Origin: an uncultured Flavobacteriia bacterium | GTDB taxonomy: Bacteria; Bacteroidota; Bacteroidia; Flavobacteriales_D; Crocinitomicaceae | Reading direction: 5' to 3' | Assembly (NCBI GenBank): GCA_903887095.1 | Contig: CAISOQ010000203.1 | Span: forward strand, 1-53,639 | DNA: 53,639 nucleotides | Part shown: positions 45,096 to 53,639 of the stretch, one piece after another | How the letters are laid out: every line of letters begins with the position of its first letter | How positions within the stretch are numbered: position 1 is the first letter of the stretch | Program-made: the position numbers and the translations under genes | The notes under the pieces: model-generated | Databases searched by the model: none | What the model was told of the DNA's origin: nothing | Seen by the model: only the letters and a program-made list of their open reading frames with translations

Positions 45096-48000
45096 TTAAC
45101 CTTGAAATTTTAGTTCCCATCCGCGGTTTTTGAGCACTCTGACAATTGTCAAAAGTTCTTGGGCACTTTTAAACGTTTGGTACGGCTGTGAAAAAATGAT
45201 TGTATTCTTTTCTCGTCTGGCATTCATTTTTTCAAAAAAGAAATTTTCTGATTGATTGAATTCATCAGCTTCAGCTGCTTGAAGATAGCGACGTATCAAA
45301 TCTGTGGCTTCATTGATACTCAATCGAAAATCACTGCTTTTTACAGATGTGAAAAAGTCTATGTGCTTTTTGGCTCTTGAAAACAATACGTTCAAACGTC
45401 GTGCTCCTCCTTTTTGTGAAAGTGGCCCAAAACGATGATGAAATTTTCCTTCAGCATCTTTACCGTAACCAAAACTAATTACCAAATAATCACATTCATC
45501 GCCTTGAACATTTTCTAAAGCTTTAAAAAAAGCGGTGTCGTTCTCTATCCTTTCGGATAAAATACCCTTCTTTTTTTCAGACAATTCTTCATAAATAATA
45601 GCGAGTTGTGATTCAGAAAACGCGACAACACCAAGCGTTTCTGGAAGATCAATCAGCGCTTCTATTTTCTTTGCAACTGCTTTTGCTTCAGTAGGATTTT
45701 CACCTTGCAAATAAACCCCTTCAATGCAGTGCACTTCGACAGGATTTTTTTCACTTTTTACGGTTGGAAAGGCTAGTAACTCATCCTTGTAAAAATGTTT
45801 ATTGGAAAAGGCAATCAATCCAGGGTGTTCGCTTCTATAATGGTGTTTTAGCCAGACATTTTTCCAATAAAATCCCGCCTGGTGCAATAAATCAATTGTT
45901 TCAAAAGATGTTGAATTGAAATAATTGCTCGGTGACATTTGTTGTCCATCACCCGCCACTGTGATATGTTTGGAACGATAAATCGAACCCAAGGAATTTT
46001 GAAGTGGTATCTGGCTTGCCTCGTCGAAAACACAATGCTGAAACAGGTCTTTTTGAAGTGGGAAATGCTTTGCAACTTGCGCTGGATTACTGAGCCAAAT
46101 AGGTTTCAAAAGTGTAATCCAATGTCGAGCTTCAGAAGCAAAAAGTTCACGCAGGGTTGGTAAGTTTCTTGTTTTTGAAAATGCTTTAACCAAAATGGCT
46201 TTTCCTTTTTTCAACTCACTTCTAAAGATTTTTTCCTCCTCCGAAAGTTTATTTGGGGTTGTTTTCAAAATGCCTTGATAGCGATTGAATAGCTCGAATT
46301 GCTTCAAGATAATTTCATTCACAAGCAATTTGGATTCTCTTTCCTGCTCTGTGAAAATGGCACCACATTTCTCCAGCATTTTTTCAGCTGTGAAATTCTC
46401 AAAAGATGGAAATTGTCCAATAAATTTCACGTAACTACTTTTATAGACAGCTGCTTCATAGTGTTCAAATGAAGCAAATTCTCCCAGGTGCTTGAGGACC
46501 TGATCTGTCATAGTTTCCGTTTCATTGATCGATTGAACAATTCGTTCAAAATTCAATAAAAGTGAATTTAAAATTGATTTTAAATCTTGATCTTCTTTCA
46601 GTCGAAAGTAGGTTTTCAAATTTGAATAGAGGGTGTTCAACGAATTGTTCGAAGCCGCTAATGCACTGCGTTGGTCTTCACTTAAGGCTATCCAGACTCG
46701 TTCATCTGCTGTTGAATAATGAGCCAATTGTTGCTTTATAAAAGGAATTTCATTGATTGGATCTTCAATGCCTAGCTCCAACAATTCGAGCCTATGTTTT
46801 TGTAAATTAGTTTTTAATTGATAGAAATGAAGTTGCTTTTCTATTAATTCAATTGCCTTATCGTTCGTTAAAGTAGAATACTTTGTCCATGCACGCTTGA
46901 ATTTCCTTGTGTTTAAAAAGCCCGTTTTAATACTTTGAACTTTTAACACATCAAGTTCTTCTTCAGTGGGTAGTTGTTTCCAGTTTCCAACAATGCTTTC
47001 CAATCCTTCTATCTCAATCGCGACCTTGAGGTACTTTTTGCTAATGTTCAAAAAGCGCTTGTGTTTTTTTGTTTCAGGGTTTAAGAGTTCCGCGTATTTT
47101 TTAAAAGTGGCAGACCCATAGAAATGTGACAAAGCTGCAAGTTTCATTGCTTTGGAAACATCACCCCACGTTTGTAATTGAAACAAGATGGAAAGATCAT
47201 CCAACTCTTTCAACCACTCTTTGATTCGAAGGTCTACTTGAGAAAACTGTGGCGAATAAATGTATGATGCAGTCAAAGAGCTCAGCGGCTCATTGATGTT
47301 TTTTTTATAGATGTTTTCAATCGTTTCGCGGACCCTTAGCCATTCTTTGATACTTGGTAGATTGCTCGAAAAAATAGAGTTATGAAACGGAATGTTTGCG
47401 GAGTGCGCTATAAATTCTGCGTAAGAAATTCCACCAATTAGGTTGTCTTTTTGAAGTGTATCCAATGTCTGTTGCAGTCCTTCAATTAACTGATTCGATA
47501 CAATATATGAACTTTCTTTCTTTGGTTCGCGCTGTTCCAGACGTTGCCAATTGCTTTTAAGGTCGGCCAATAAATCCAGCGAACGAGTTGTTGAAGAAGC
47601 AATAAAACTAAAATTTTCTAATCCAAGTTGCCGCATTTTTTTCACCAATACCTCAAGTGCAACGCGTTTCTCCGATACAATTAAAGCCGTTTGATTACCA
47701 TGTAATATTTTTCCAATGAGGTTGGTCAGCACTTGGGTTTTTCCCGTTCCTGGTGGACCTTGAATTACAAGATGGTGCTCATTTATTTTTTCAAACACGG
47801 TAAGCTGATCCGGGTCGGCAGGTTCAAGAAAAGAGGAGCTTAATGGATTCATGGAGGAATTTTGAGAAATACCTGCTTCTCCGAACAGCTCTTCAAGAGC
47901 AGCGTGATCATCTGCTATTACCAATTCTTCTAGCTCTCGAAGAATATCATAACGATGGTGATGAAAATTGCCAATAAAACAAGTTTGAGTATCCAATTGA

Positions 48001-48446
48001 TCAAAACCAGCCTTGTGAAGAATGTTGATTAATACCTCCAATATGAAATTTTCTTCAACTTGAAGTTCGAACTCGTTTTTTAACCTACTCACTAAATAGG
48101 GGTTGACAAATCCCTCCTCTTCCTTTATTTCGATGCTAACTTCGCCACTTATTTTGTTGATATGAGCTTTACAGGGAGTTAAAAGCAGCGGGGTAAGGAT
48201 TGATTCCCCCCCTTTCTTCCAAAGGATAGTTCCTTTTGAAATGCAAAGTGGATAGCTCCCCGTTTCCTTCTCTAAGCGTTTGGCAGTGTCTAGTAAATTT
48301 TTTAAAGTCCGATCTTTGGAGTTATAAATTGCACCCAACGAAAAAGGAAGAATTTTTGAAGTTGACAAGTGAACAAGGACATCATTCTTGTTGAAATCCG
48401 TTCCAGCCTCAAGCATTGTTTTAATCTTCTCACTAACTGCAGTCAT
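45096..48446 (-). CDS. Large Upf1-like superfamily-1 helicase (DUF4011-type N-terminus plus AAA_11/AAA_12 core)
   Basis: GPPGTGKT, VFDEASQIP, VAGDGQQMSP, LKHHYRS, VQGDECDYLVISFG and RRLNVLFSRAKKH. The long helical insert between Walker A and B is typical of this family. Confidence 0.8.
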   Translation of the reverse strand: MTAVSEKIKTMLEAGTDFNKNDVLVHLSTSKILPFSLGAIYNSKDRTLKNLLDTAKRLEKETGSYPLCISKGTILWKKGGESILTPLLLTPCKAHINKISGEVSIEIKEEEGFVNPYLVSRLKNEFELQVEENFILEVLINILHKAGFDQLDTQTCFIGNFHHHRYDILRELEELVIADDHAALEELFGEAGISQNSSMNPLSSSFLEPADPDQLTVFEKINEHHLVIQGPPGTGKTQVLTNLIGKILHGNQTALIVSEKRVALEVLVKKMRQLGLENFSFIASSTTRSLDLLADLKSNWQRLEQREPKKESSYIVSNQLIEGLQQTLDTLQKDNLIGGISYAEFIAHSANIPFHNSIFSSNLPSIKEWLRVRETIENIYKKNINEPLSSLTASYIYSPQFSQVDLRIKEWLKELDDLSILFQLQTWGDVSKAMKLAALSHFYGSATFKKYAELLNPETKKHKRFLNISKKYLKVAIEIEGLESIVGNWKQLPTEEELDVLKVQSIKTGFLNTRKFKRAWTKYSTLTNDKAIELIEKQLHFYQLKTNLQKHRLELLELGIEDPINEIPFIKQQLAHYSTADERVWIALSEDQRSALAASNNSLNTLYSNLKTYFRLKEDQDLKSILNSLLLNFERIVQSINETETMTDQVLKHLGEFASFEHYEAAVYKSSYVKFIGQFPSFENFTAEKMLEKCGAIFTEQERESKLLVNEIILKQFELFNRYQGILKTTPNKLSEEEKIFRSELKKGKAILVKAFSKTRNLPTLRELFASEARHWITLLKPIWLSNPAQVAKHFPLQKDLFQHCVFDEASQIPLQNSLGSIYRSKHITVAGDGQQMSPSNYFNSTSFETIDLLHQAGFYWKNVWLKHHYRSEHPGLIAFSNKHFYKDELLAFPTVKSEKNPVEVHCIEGVYLQGENPTEAKAVAKKIEALIDLPETLGVVAFSESQLAIIYEELSEKKKGILSERIENDTAFFKALENVQGDECDYLVISFGYGKDAEGKFHHRFGPLSQKGGARRLNVLFSRAKKHIDFFTSVKSSDFRLSINEATDLIRRYLQAAEADEFNQSENFFFEKMNARREKNTIIFSQPYQTFKSAQELLTIVRVLKNRGWELKFQG

Positions 48447-48542
48447 GCGAAGCTAAAATTAAGAAAACTTATCTTCTAAGAACCACTAAAAGCAGTGTTT
48501 TACTCATTTTTAAAGTGATTTCCTAACGTCCGCAAAGATTCC

Positions 48543-48550
48543 TAACTTTG
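48543..48550 (+). promoter_or_regulatory. -7 promoter box TAACTTTG upstream of the OmpA-family gene
   Basis: Exact TAnnTTTG match 16 nt before the ATG at 48567. Confidence 0.4.
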
Positions 48551-48566
48551 ACAAAAATTAAGTTTC

Positions 48567-50879
48567 ATGAAATCACTTTTGTTTTGCTTATTTGGGCTGT
48601 TAGTATTTCAACTTTTTGCTCAGCCAACCAATACAGGAATCATTCACGATAATTATGTAGGTTCTGATTATGGCCTGTACAACCCATCTTCCATTGTGGA
48701 TTCCAAAACAAGCTTTGCCATTACAACAGACTATGGAAGTTCGTATGTAAGCAACTTTTTTGCAAGGGATTACGCAATCTATAATGCTGATAATTACAAA
48801 GGAAGGCTTATTGATGGAAAAAAGAATGGTTATCAAAATAGAACCTTGGATGCCAATATTTTAGGCTTGAAATATGAAATTGATCACAAAAATGCAATTG
48901 CGTATAATTTTCGTTTCAGAACATTTTCAAATCAACGTGGGATTCCAGAAACATGGAACGAAAATGCAGCAAACTATTACTATCCCAATCAAATAAATGT
49001 AGCGCAAGACATGACGGGATTTTCTATTAGTAATTTGCGTTTTACAGAACATGCATTCAGCTATGCAAAAACAATATTTGACAAAGGTCCTGAGCTATTA
49101 AAAGCAGGCGCCACATTAAAAATTTTGAATGGGTTGCGCACAAATTATTTTTATGCCAATAGTGGAACGATAAATTTTACGGATTCTACATATCCTTCTG
49201 CAACGATCACCAATCTAGATGCATCTTATGGAAGTGATTTTGGTACAGCCCAATCTAAATATAAAAACCGAGGAATTGGTTTTGATCTCGGTGTTACCTA
49301 TGAAATCCGCCCTGATTTTCGTGAACAATACTATGAAATGGATGGAAAAAAAGAACTCGTCAAATATGACATGAATAAATACAAGTGGAAGTTCGCGGCG
49401 TCAATTACCGACATAGGTTTCATTAAGTTTGTCAAAGACACAGCAACGTCAAATTTTACCGTTCCAACTGTCAATGTTGATGCCAGTCAATTATATGATG
49501 TTGAAAACAACTTGTTTTTCCCGAATGGTCCAATTCAAGCAATGGCCCTTTCTGGAACAAAGTCTGCAACTCAAGAAACTAAATTCAGAATGTCAATGCC
49601 AACGATGTTTCACGCAAGTGCGGATTATCATTATAAAAGGAACATTTATTTCAATTACAACATGTCAATTCCTTTGGGAGGTCCGAAAGACCCAACCAAA
49701 GCAAAATATGTTTTTGTACAAACAATTACGCCAAGAATTGAAAAGGAAATGTATTCCGTAATGATGCCGATTTCTCAAATGGGAAATGGTAAGTTTTATG
49801 TCGGAGTTGCAGGTAGATTAAGCCTCTATGGATATTCAGCTTTTATAGGATCGAATAACATCCTATTCATGTTTGGCCAAAAGTCTTCTTTAACCAGAAG
49901 TTTTTACATTGGCGCGTCCTACAGTGTTCGCTACAAAACACCATCTGACAAAGACAAAGACAAGGTTTCAGATTTGAGAGATCTATGCCCGAGTGATCCT
50001 GGTTTATTGTCGTTAGATGGTTGTCCTGATACCGATGGTGATGGCATTCCAGACAAGGAAGATTACTGTATTTATGATCAGGGACCATTGACAACAAGAG
50101 GTTGTCCAGATACGGATGGTGATGGCATCATTGATATGAACGATCGCTGTCCTGAGGTTAAAGGATTGGGTGTTCACTTGGGCTGCCCAGATAGAGATTA
50201 CGATGGTGTAATCGATGTGGCTGATAAATGTCCAGATGAACCAGGTATTGAATTGAACAACGGTTGCCCATTTGAGAACCCAGGTTGCTGCATGGACAAT
50301 GATGGGGATGGAGTTTCCAATAATGTGGATAAATGTCCGGATTTAGCGGGTTCAGTCTATAACAATGGTTGTCCAGTTGATAAAAACAACATTGACAAAA
50401 TCAATGACAAAAAAGTTGAATTAGATCCGAATCACACCAATTCCCAAATAAAAGTATTAAGCAATAATGATACTATTCGAAACGTACTGACATCTAGAGA
50501 TCAGCTCAACAAGGTGATGGAAAATAAAACAGTAATAAAAGAATTGAACGTTTATTTTGATTCAGATCAATCCAATATTTCCACCACTGAGCAAGAAAAG
50601 TTCGATAAATTTATGGCGGACATTAAAAAACAAGGTGTATCAGTAACATTCATAGTTGTAGGAAATACAGATAGAGATGGAAGTTTAGATTACAACTTGA
50701 TTCTTTCAAAGAAACGTGCTGAAACCCTCATGCGAAAAATTGTTGACGCAGGTTACCTTGAACAAAAAGTGACTGTTTACTATTATGGTGAGGAAAAGTC
50801 ACTGTATAAAGGTTCATACAGCGAAGAACAAAAGAGAATGGACAGAAAAGTGCAAATTAAAGTGATAAAAGGAAATTAA
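48567..50879 (+). CDS. OmpA-family outer-membrane protein with an N-terminal beta-barrel-like domain, thrombospondin type-3 repeats and a C-terminal OmpA domain
   Basis: Signal peptide, repeated GCPDTDGDGIPD / CPD.DGDG..D calcium-binding TSP3 units, and a C-terminal OmpA-like region (VVGNTDRDGSLDYNLILSKKRAETL...DRKVQIKV). Confidence 0.85.
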   Translation: MKSLLFCLFGLLVFQLFAQPTNTGIIHDNYVGSDYGLYNPSSIVDSKTSFAITTDYGSSYVSNFFARDYAIYNADNYKGRLIDGKKNGYQNRTLDANILGLKYEIDHKNAIAYNFRFRTFSNQRGIPETWNENAANYYYPNQINVAQDMTGFSISNLRFTEHAFSYAKTIFDKGPELLKAGATLKILNGLRTNYFYANSGTINFTDSTYPSATITNLDASYGSDFGTAQSKYKNRGIGFDLGVTYEIRPDFREQYYEMDGKKELVKYDMNKYKWKFAASITDIGFIKFVKDTATSNFTVPTVNVDASQLYDVENNLFFPNGPIQAMALSGTKSATQETKFRMSMPTMFHASADYHYKRNIYFNYNMSIPLGGPKDPTKAKYVFVQTITPRIEKEMYSVMMPISQMGNGKFYVGVAGRLSLYGYSAFIGSNNILFMFGQKSSLTRSFYIGASYSVRYKTPSDKDKDKVSDLRDLCPSDPGLLSLDGCPDTDGDGIPDKEDYCIYDQGPLTTRGCPDTDGDGIIDMNDRCPEVKGLGVHLGCPDRDYDGVIDVADKCPDEPGIELNNGCPFENPGCCMDNDGDGVSNNVDKCPDLAGSVYNNGCPVDKNNIDKINDKKVELDPNHTNSQIKVLSNNDTIRNVLTSRDQLNKVMENKTVIKELNVYFDSDQSNISTTEQEKFDKFMADIKKQGVSVTFIVVGNTDRDGSLDYNLILSKKRAETLMRKIVDAGYLEQKVTVYYYGEEKSLYKGSYSEEQKRMDRKVQIKVIKGN
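49959..50381 (+). repeat. Thrombospondin type-3-like Asp/Cys-rich coding repeats
   Basis: About seven C-P-D-x-D-x-D-G-(I/V)-x-D units counted in the translated sequence. Confidence 0.75.
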
Positions 50880-50882
50880 AAC

Positions 50883-52040
50883 ATGAGCAACGATAAGAAG
50901 ATGAAGTTTGGCACTAAAGCCATACATGCTGGTGTTCAACCAGACCCAACGACTGGCGCGATTATGACGCCCATTTATCAAACCTCTACTTATGTGCAAG
51001 AAGCACCGGGAGTGAATAAAGGGTTTGGTTATGCACGTGGTAAAAATCCTACGAGAGAAGCTTTGCAAGATGCGTTGGCAGCATTAGAAAACGGAAAACA
51101 TTGCGTTGCATTTAGCAGTGGTGTAGCTGCTACAGATGCCGTATTGAAATTGCTTTCTCCAGGCGATGAGGTTATTACCGGCGATGATCTTTATGGTGGC
51201 ACCTACCGCTTGTTTACGAAGATTTACGAAAAATTTGGCATCAAATTTCATTTTATTGATTTAACAGATGCGAGCAATTTGCACAATTATATCAACGAAA
51301 ACACACGATTGATTTGGGCTGAAACACCTACCAATCCGACCATGCAGATCATCGATATCGCGGCTTGTGCAAAAATTGCGAAAGAGAAAGGAATTGTAAT
51401 GGTAGCGGACAACACGTTTGCATCTCCCTACTTGCAAAATCCGCTGGATTTGGGAGCTGATATTGTTATGCATTCTGTTACAAAATACCTTGGTGGACAT
51501 TCCGATGTGGTCATGGGTGCATTGATCACTAACAGTGCAGAGTTGCACGAAAAACTATATTTTATTCTGAACAGTTCAGGTGCGAATCCCGGCCCTATGG
51601 ATTCATTTCTTGTTTTGAGAGGCATAAAAACGCTACATCTTCGAATGGAGCGTCATTGTTACAATGGTAGAATCATAGCTGAATTCTTAAAAAACCATCC
51701 AAAAATCGAGAAAGTTTATTGGCCTGGTTTTCCCGAGCACCCAAATCATGAGATTGCTAAAAAGCAGATGCGTGATTTCGGTGGAATGATTTCAATTGTT
51801 TTAAAAGATAAATCGATAGAAAACACTTTTAAAGTGGCATCTTCTTTTGAAATATTCTCCCTTGCTGAGTCTTTGGGTGGCGTAGAATCTTTAATCAATC
51901 ATCCGGCTACAATGACCCATGCTTCCATTCCAAAAGAGGAAAGAGAAAAAGCGGGAGTTGTCGATAATCTGTTAAGACTGAGTGTTGGAGTGGAAGATGT
52001 TGAAGATCTGATTGCGGACCTTGAGCAAGCGTTGGCTTAA
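50883..52040 (+). CDS. Cys/Met-metabolism PLP-dependent enzyme (cystathionine gamma-synthase / beta- or gamma-lyase family)
   Basis: Family-wide similarity, including the PLP lysine context HSVTKYLGGHSDV and the ESLGGVESL motif. The exact specificity is not decidable by eye. Confidence 0.9.
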   Translation: MSNDKKMKFGTKAIHAGVQPDPTTGAIMTPIYQTSTYVQEAPGVNKGFGYARGKNPTREALQDALAALENGKHCVAFSSGVAATDAVLKLLSPGDEVITGDDLYGGTYRLFTKIYEKFGIKFHFIDLTDASNLHNYINENTRLIWAETPTNPTMQIIDIAACAKIAKEKGIVMVADNTFASPYLQNPLDLGADIVMHSVTKYLGGHSDVVMGALITNSAELHEKLYFILNSSGANPGPMDSFLVLRGIKTLHLRMERHCYNGRIIAEFLKNHPKIEKVYWPGFPEHPNHEIAKKQMRDFGGMISIVLKDKSIENTFKVASSFEIFSLAESLGGVESLINHPATMTHASIPKEEREKAGVVDNLLRLSVGVEDVEDLIADLEQALA

Positions 52041-52048
52041 TTGATCTT

Positions 52049-52753
52049 ATGCGTGTCTACATAACAGGTGTTTCAAGTGGCTTAGGAAAAGCGCTCGCCG
52101 AGTCGTTTTTAAATGAAGGCAACAGTGTTATTGGATTGGGTCGCCGAAACAATATTGAACACCCAAACTTTGAGTTCATACATTGTGATTTGAAAGATCC
52201 TTCATTCATCGAACAATTTAAATTTATCCCCGATGAGGAAGGCTGTACATTGATAAACAATGCAGGAGTTTTAGGTCCTCTGAAACGAATCATGGATCAG
52301 CACTCAAATCAGATACAAAAGGTAATGACCGTGAATGCTTTGGCTCCTATGTTGCTATGTCAGAAATTTCTCCAAGAGATTCCTGTAAAAAAAAGAACCG
52401 CTATTTTGAATATTAGCTCGGGTGCCGCAAATCGAGCTATACCATCATGGGCAACCTATTGCGCTTCAAAAATTGCTCTTGATCGTTTTTCTGAAAGTAT
52501 CTATTTAGAGGAGCTAGAAATGTCACGCTCTTTAAAAGTTTATTCGATCGCTCCGGGAGTTGTCGATACACCTATGCAGCAGGCAATTCGTTCAGCAAGT
52601 GAACAGGATTTTTCTGATGTGGCTAAGTTTCAAGGTATGCACGAAAATAAACAGTTGTTAGCGCCGAATGAAGTTGCATTAAAAATAGTGCGATTTCTTG
52701 CACTTCCCTTTGATGGAAAAGTAGTTCATTCCATCAACGAATTAGGGAATTAA
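52049..52753 (+). CDS. Short-chain dehydrogenase/reductase (SDR) family oxidoreductase
   Basis: TGVSSGLGKA cofactor-binding motif, NNAG, and catalytic S...YCASK. Confidence 0.88.
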   Translation: MRVYITGVSSGLGKALAESFLNEGNSVIGLGRRNNIEHPNFEFIHCDLKDPSFIEQFKFIPDEEGCTLINNAGVLGPLKRIMDQHSNQIQKVMTVNALAPMLLCQKFLQEIPVKKRTAILNISSGAANRAIPSWATYCASKIALDRFSESIYLEELEMSRSLKVYSIAPGVVDTPMQQAIRSASEQDFSDVAKFQGMHENKQLLAPNEVALKIVRFLALPFDGKVVHSINELGN

Positions 52754-52763
52754 GTTTTCAATG

Positions 52764-52787
52764 CCTCTTCCTTAAAGAGGTTCTTTC
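52764..52787 (+). terminator. Weak candidate terminator after the SDR gene
   Basis: CCTCTT-cctta-AAGAGG (6-bp stem) followed by ttctttc. Confidence 0.3.
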
Positions 52788-52911
52788 AAAATCAAAGGTT
52801 AGTTGGCCTTTTGAATACCATATTTGCCGTTCAAGGAATTTATATTTTGCCTCATTCAAACCTTTTAGTATTTTAGAACGTTTTTAATTAAGCAAAATCA
52901 AGCTAAATTAT

Positions 52912-53639
52912 ATGAAAAGAACAGCTCTTTTAATCGGTCTATTCTCCTATACCGCTTTGTTCAGCCAAATGCCAGCTCGTAAAATTGATATGGATAATGT
53001 GCGTCAAGGTGAGAATGTAGAATATTGTGTAACGCACAAAAAAATGAATGAACTCAAACAAAATCCAGAGTTCATGAAGTCTTGGTTGAAAGACCAGGCT
53101 GATCAACAAGCAGCCATGCAATATAAATCAACTGAAAAAGGAGTAGTTTATAAAATTCCCATCGTTTTTCACGTTTTGCATAACAATGGCGTTGAAAATA
53201 TCAGTGATGAGCAAATCCTTGATCAAGTAGAAATACTAAATAGAGATTTTAGATTGTTAAATGCGGATGCAGCGACAGTGCAATCTGTTTTTCAAGGTAT
53301 GCCGTCTGATGTGGAAGTTGAATTTGTTTTGGCGACGAAAGCCCCAAATGGAGCATGTTTCAAAGGAATAACGAGAACAGTAAATGCACTTAGTTACGAT
53401 GGGAGCAATGGTAGTGCGCAGGTCACAGCGGTTGTTAATGGGAATGATGTCTACAATGGTCAATGGCCAGGGAATAAATACTTGAATGTATTTATTGTCG
53501 CTGAGGCCGGGGGAGCTGCTGGTTACACAACCAATCCTGGATCTTGGTCTGCCTCTCAAATGGGGAATGGTATCTGGATTTTACATGACTATGTAGGATC
53601 AATAGGTACGAGCTCTGCCCAAACCAGTAGGGCGTTTAC
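52912..53639 (+). CDS. Partial (3'-truncated by the window) secreted zinc metallopeptidase, M43 (pappalysin/cytophagalysin-like) family
   Basis: Not in the ORF track because no stop falls in the window. My translation is MKRTALLIGLFSYTALFSQ...VYKIPIVFHVLHNNGVENISDEQILDQVEILNRDFRLLNAD...LNVFIVAEAGGAAGYT. The N-terminal half resembles M43 peptidases, but the HExxH site would lie beyond the window. Confidence 0.6.
   Translation, partial: MKRTALLIGLFSYTALFSQMPARKIDMDNVRQGENVEYCVTHKKMNELKQNPEFMKSWLKDQADQQAAMQYKSTEKGVVYKIPIVFHVLHNNGVENISDEQILDQVEILNRDFRLLNADAATVQSVFQGMPSDVEVEFVLATKAPNGACFKGITRTVNALSYDGSNGSAQVTAVVNGNDVYNGQWPGNKYLNVFIVAEAGGAAGYTTNPGSWSASQMGNGIWILHDYVGSIGTSSAQTSRAF

Noticed and set aside
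45096-48446. The SF1/COG1112 helicase as a Mokosh-like anti-phage defence gene.
   Set aside because: I found no PLD (HxKxxxxD) or other nuclease motif, no partner gene and no integrase, tRNA or island signature, and it is flanked by polA and an OmpA gene. It is retained only as a low-interest finding.
50814-51068. An 84-aa minus-strand ORF across the OmpA/PLP-enzyme junction. Antisense ORFs at 51261-51548 and 51428-51625 are of the same kind.
   Set aside because: They are antisense to strongly supported genes and are likely spurious.
53257-53559. A 100-aa minus-strand ORF from the track near the right edge.
   Set aside because: The opposite strand carries a longer open frame with a signal peptide and M43-like motifs. 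The antisense ORF is likely spurious.
1-53639. A search for mobile elements, a genomic island, tRNA/rRNA genes or CRISPR arrays.
   Set aside because: I recognised no transposase, integrase or recombinase motifs, no tRNA-like cloverleaf hallmarks (e.g. GGTTCGAATCC) in the intergenic regions and no long direct or inverted terminal repeats. The window looks like core chromosome.

Overview
This is an AT-rich chromosomal segment that looks like Bacteroidota, probably Flavobacteriia-like. The evidence is a T9SS type-B C-terminal sorting domain, SprB-type repeats, TAnnTTTG -7 promoter boxes just upstream of start codons, no obvious Shine-Dalgarno sequences, and a TPP-riboswitch-controlled TonB receptor. 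All family calls come from motifs I recognised by eye in the translated ORFs; no database search was run.

Most of the window is housekeeping: radA, gatA, tatA, the rimP-nusA-infB operon, a DEAD-box helicase, aspS, cysS, polA, a trans-sulfuration PLP enzyme and an SDR. Interspersed are envelope and surface genes: a 1464-aa SprB-repeat T9SS adhesin, a GT9/GT2 pair, a LysM lytic transglycosylase, a Calx-beta/choice-of-anchor-I giant protein, and an OmpA/TSP3 protein. I found no rRNA, tRNA, CRISPR array, transposase or integrase.

Candidates for something undescribed, in order of interest:
1. 31596-34792 (-): a tightly coupled module of a beta-barrel-like protein, an atypical kinase-like protein and a CYTH (triphosphate tunnel) protein. 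All three carry signal-peptide-like N-termini.
2. 22611-29459 (+): a five-gene translationally coupled operon (SpoIIM-like, DUF4129, DUF4350, MoxR AAA+, DUF58) with no assigned function and unusual domain extensions.
3. 17463-21232 (-): a vitamin-uptake locus with a clear TPP riboswitch sitting between a pnuC/NadR-like kinase pair and a TonB-dependent receptor.
4. 16602-16626 (-): a terminator-like hairpin in the rimP-nusA-infB leader.
5. 1-321: an odd left edge with a 9-bp tandem repeat, a GC-rich structured 102-bp island and a long open frame missing from the ORF track.

Several ORF-track starts are alternative TTG codons, and I moved them to the first downstream ATG. A partial M43-like peptidase gene at the right edge (52912-53639) is also absent from the track.
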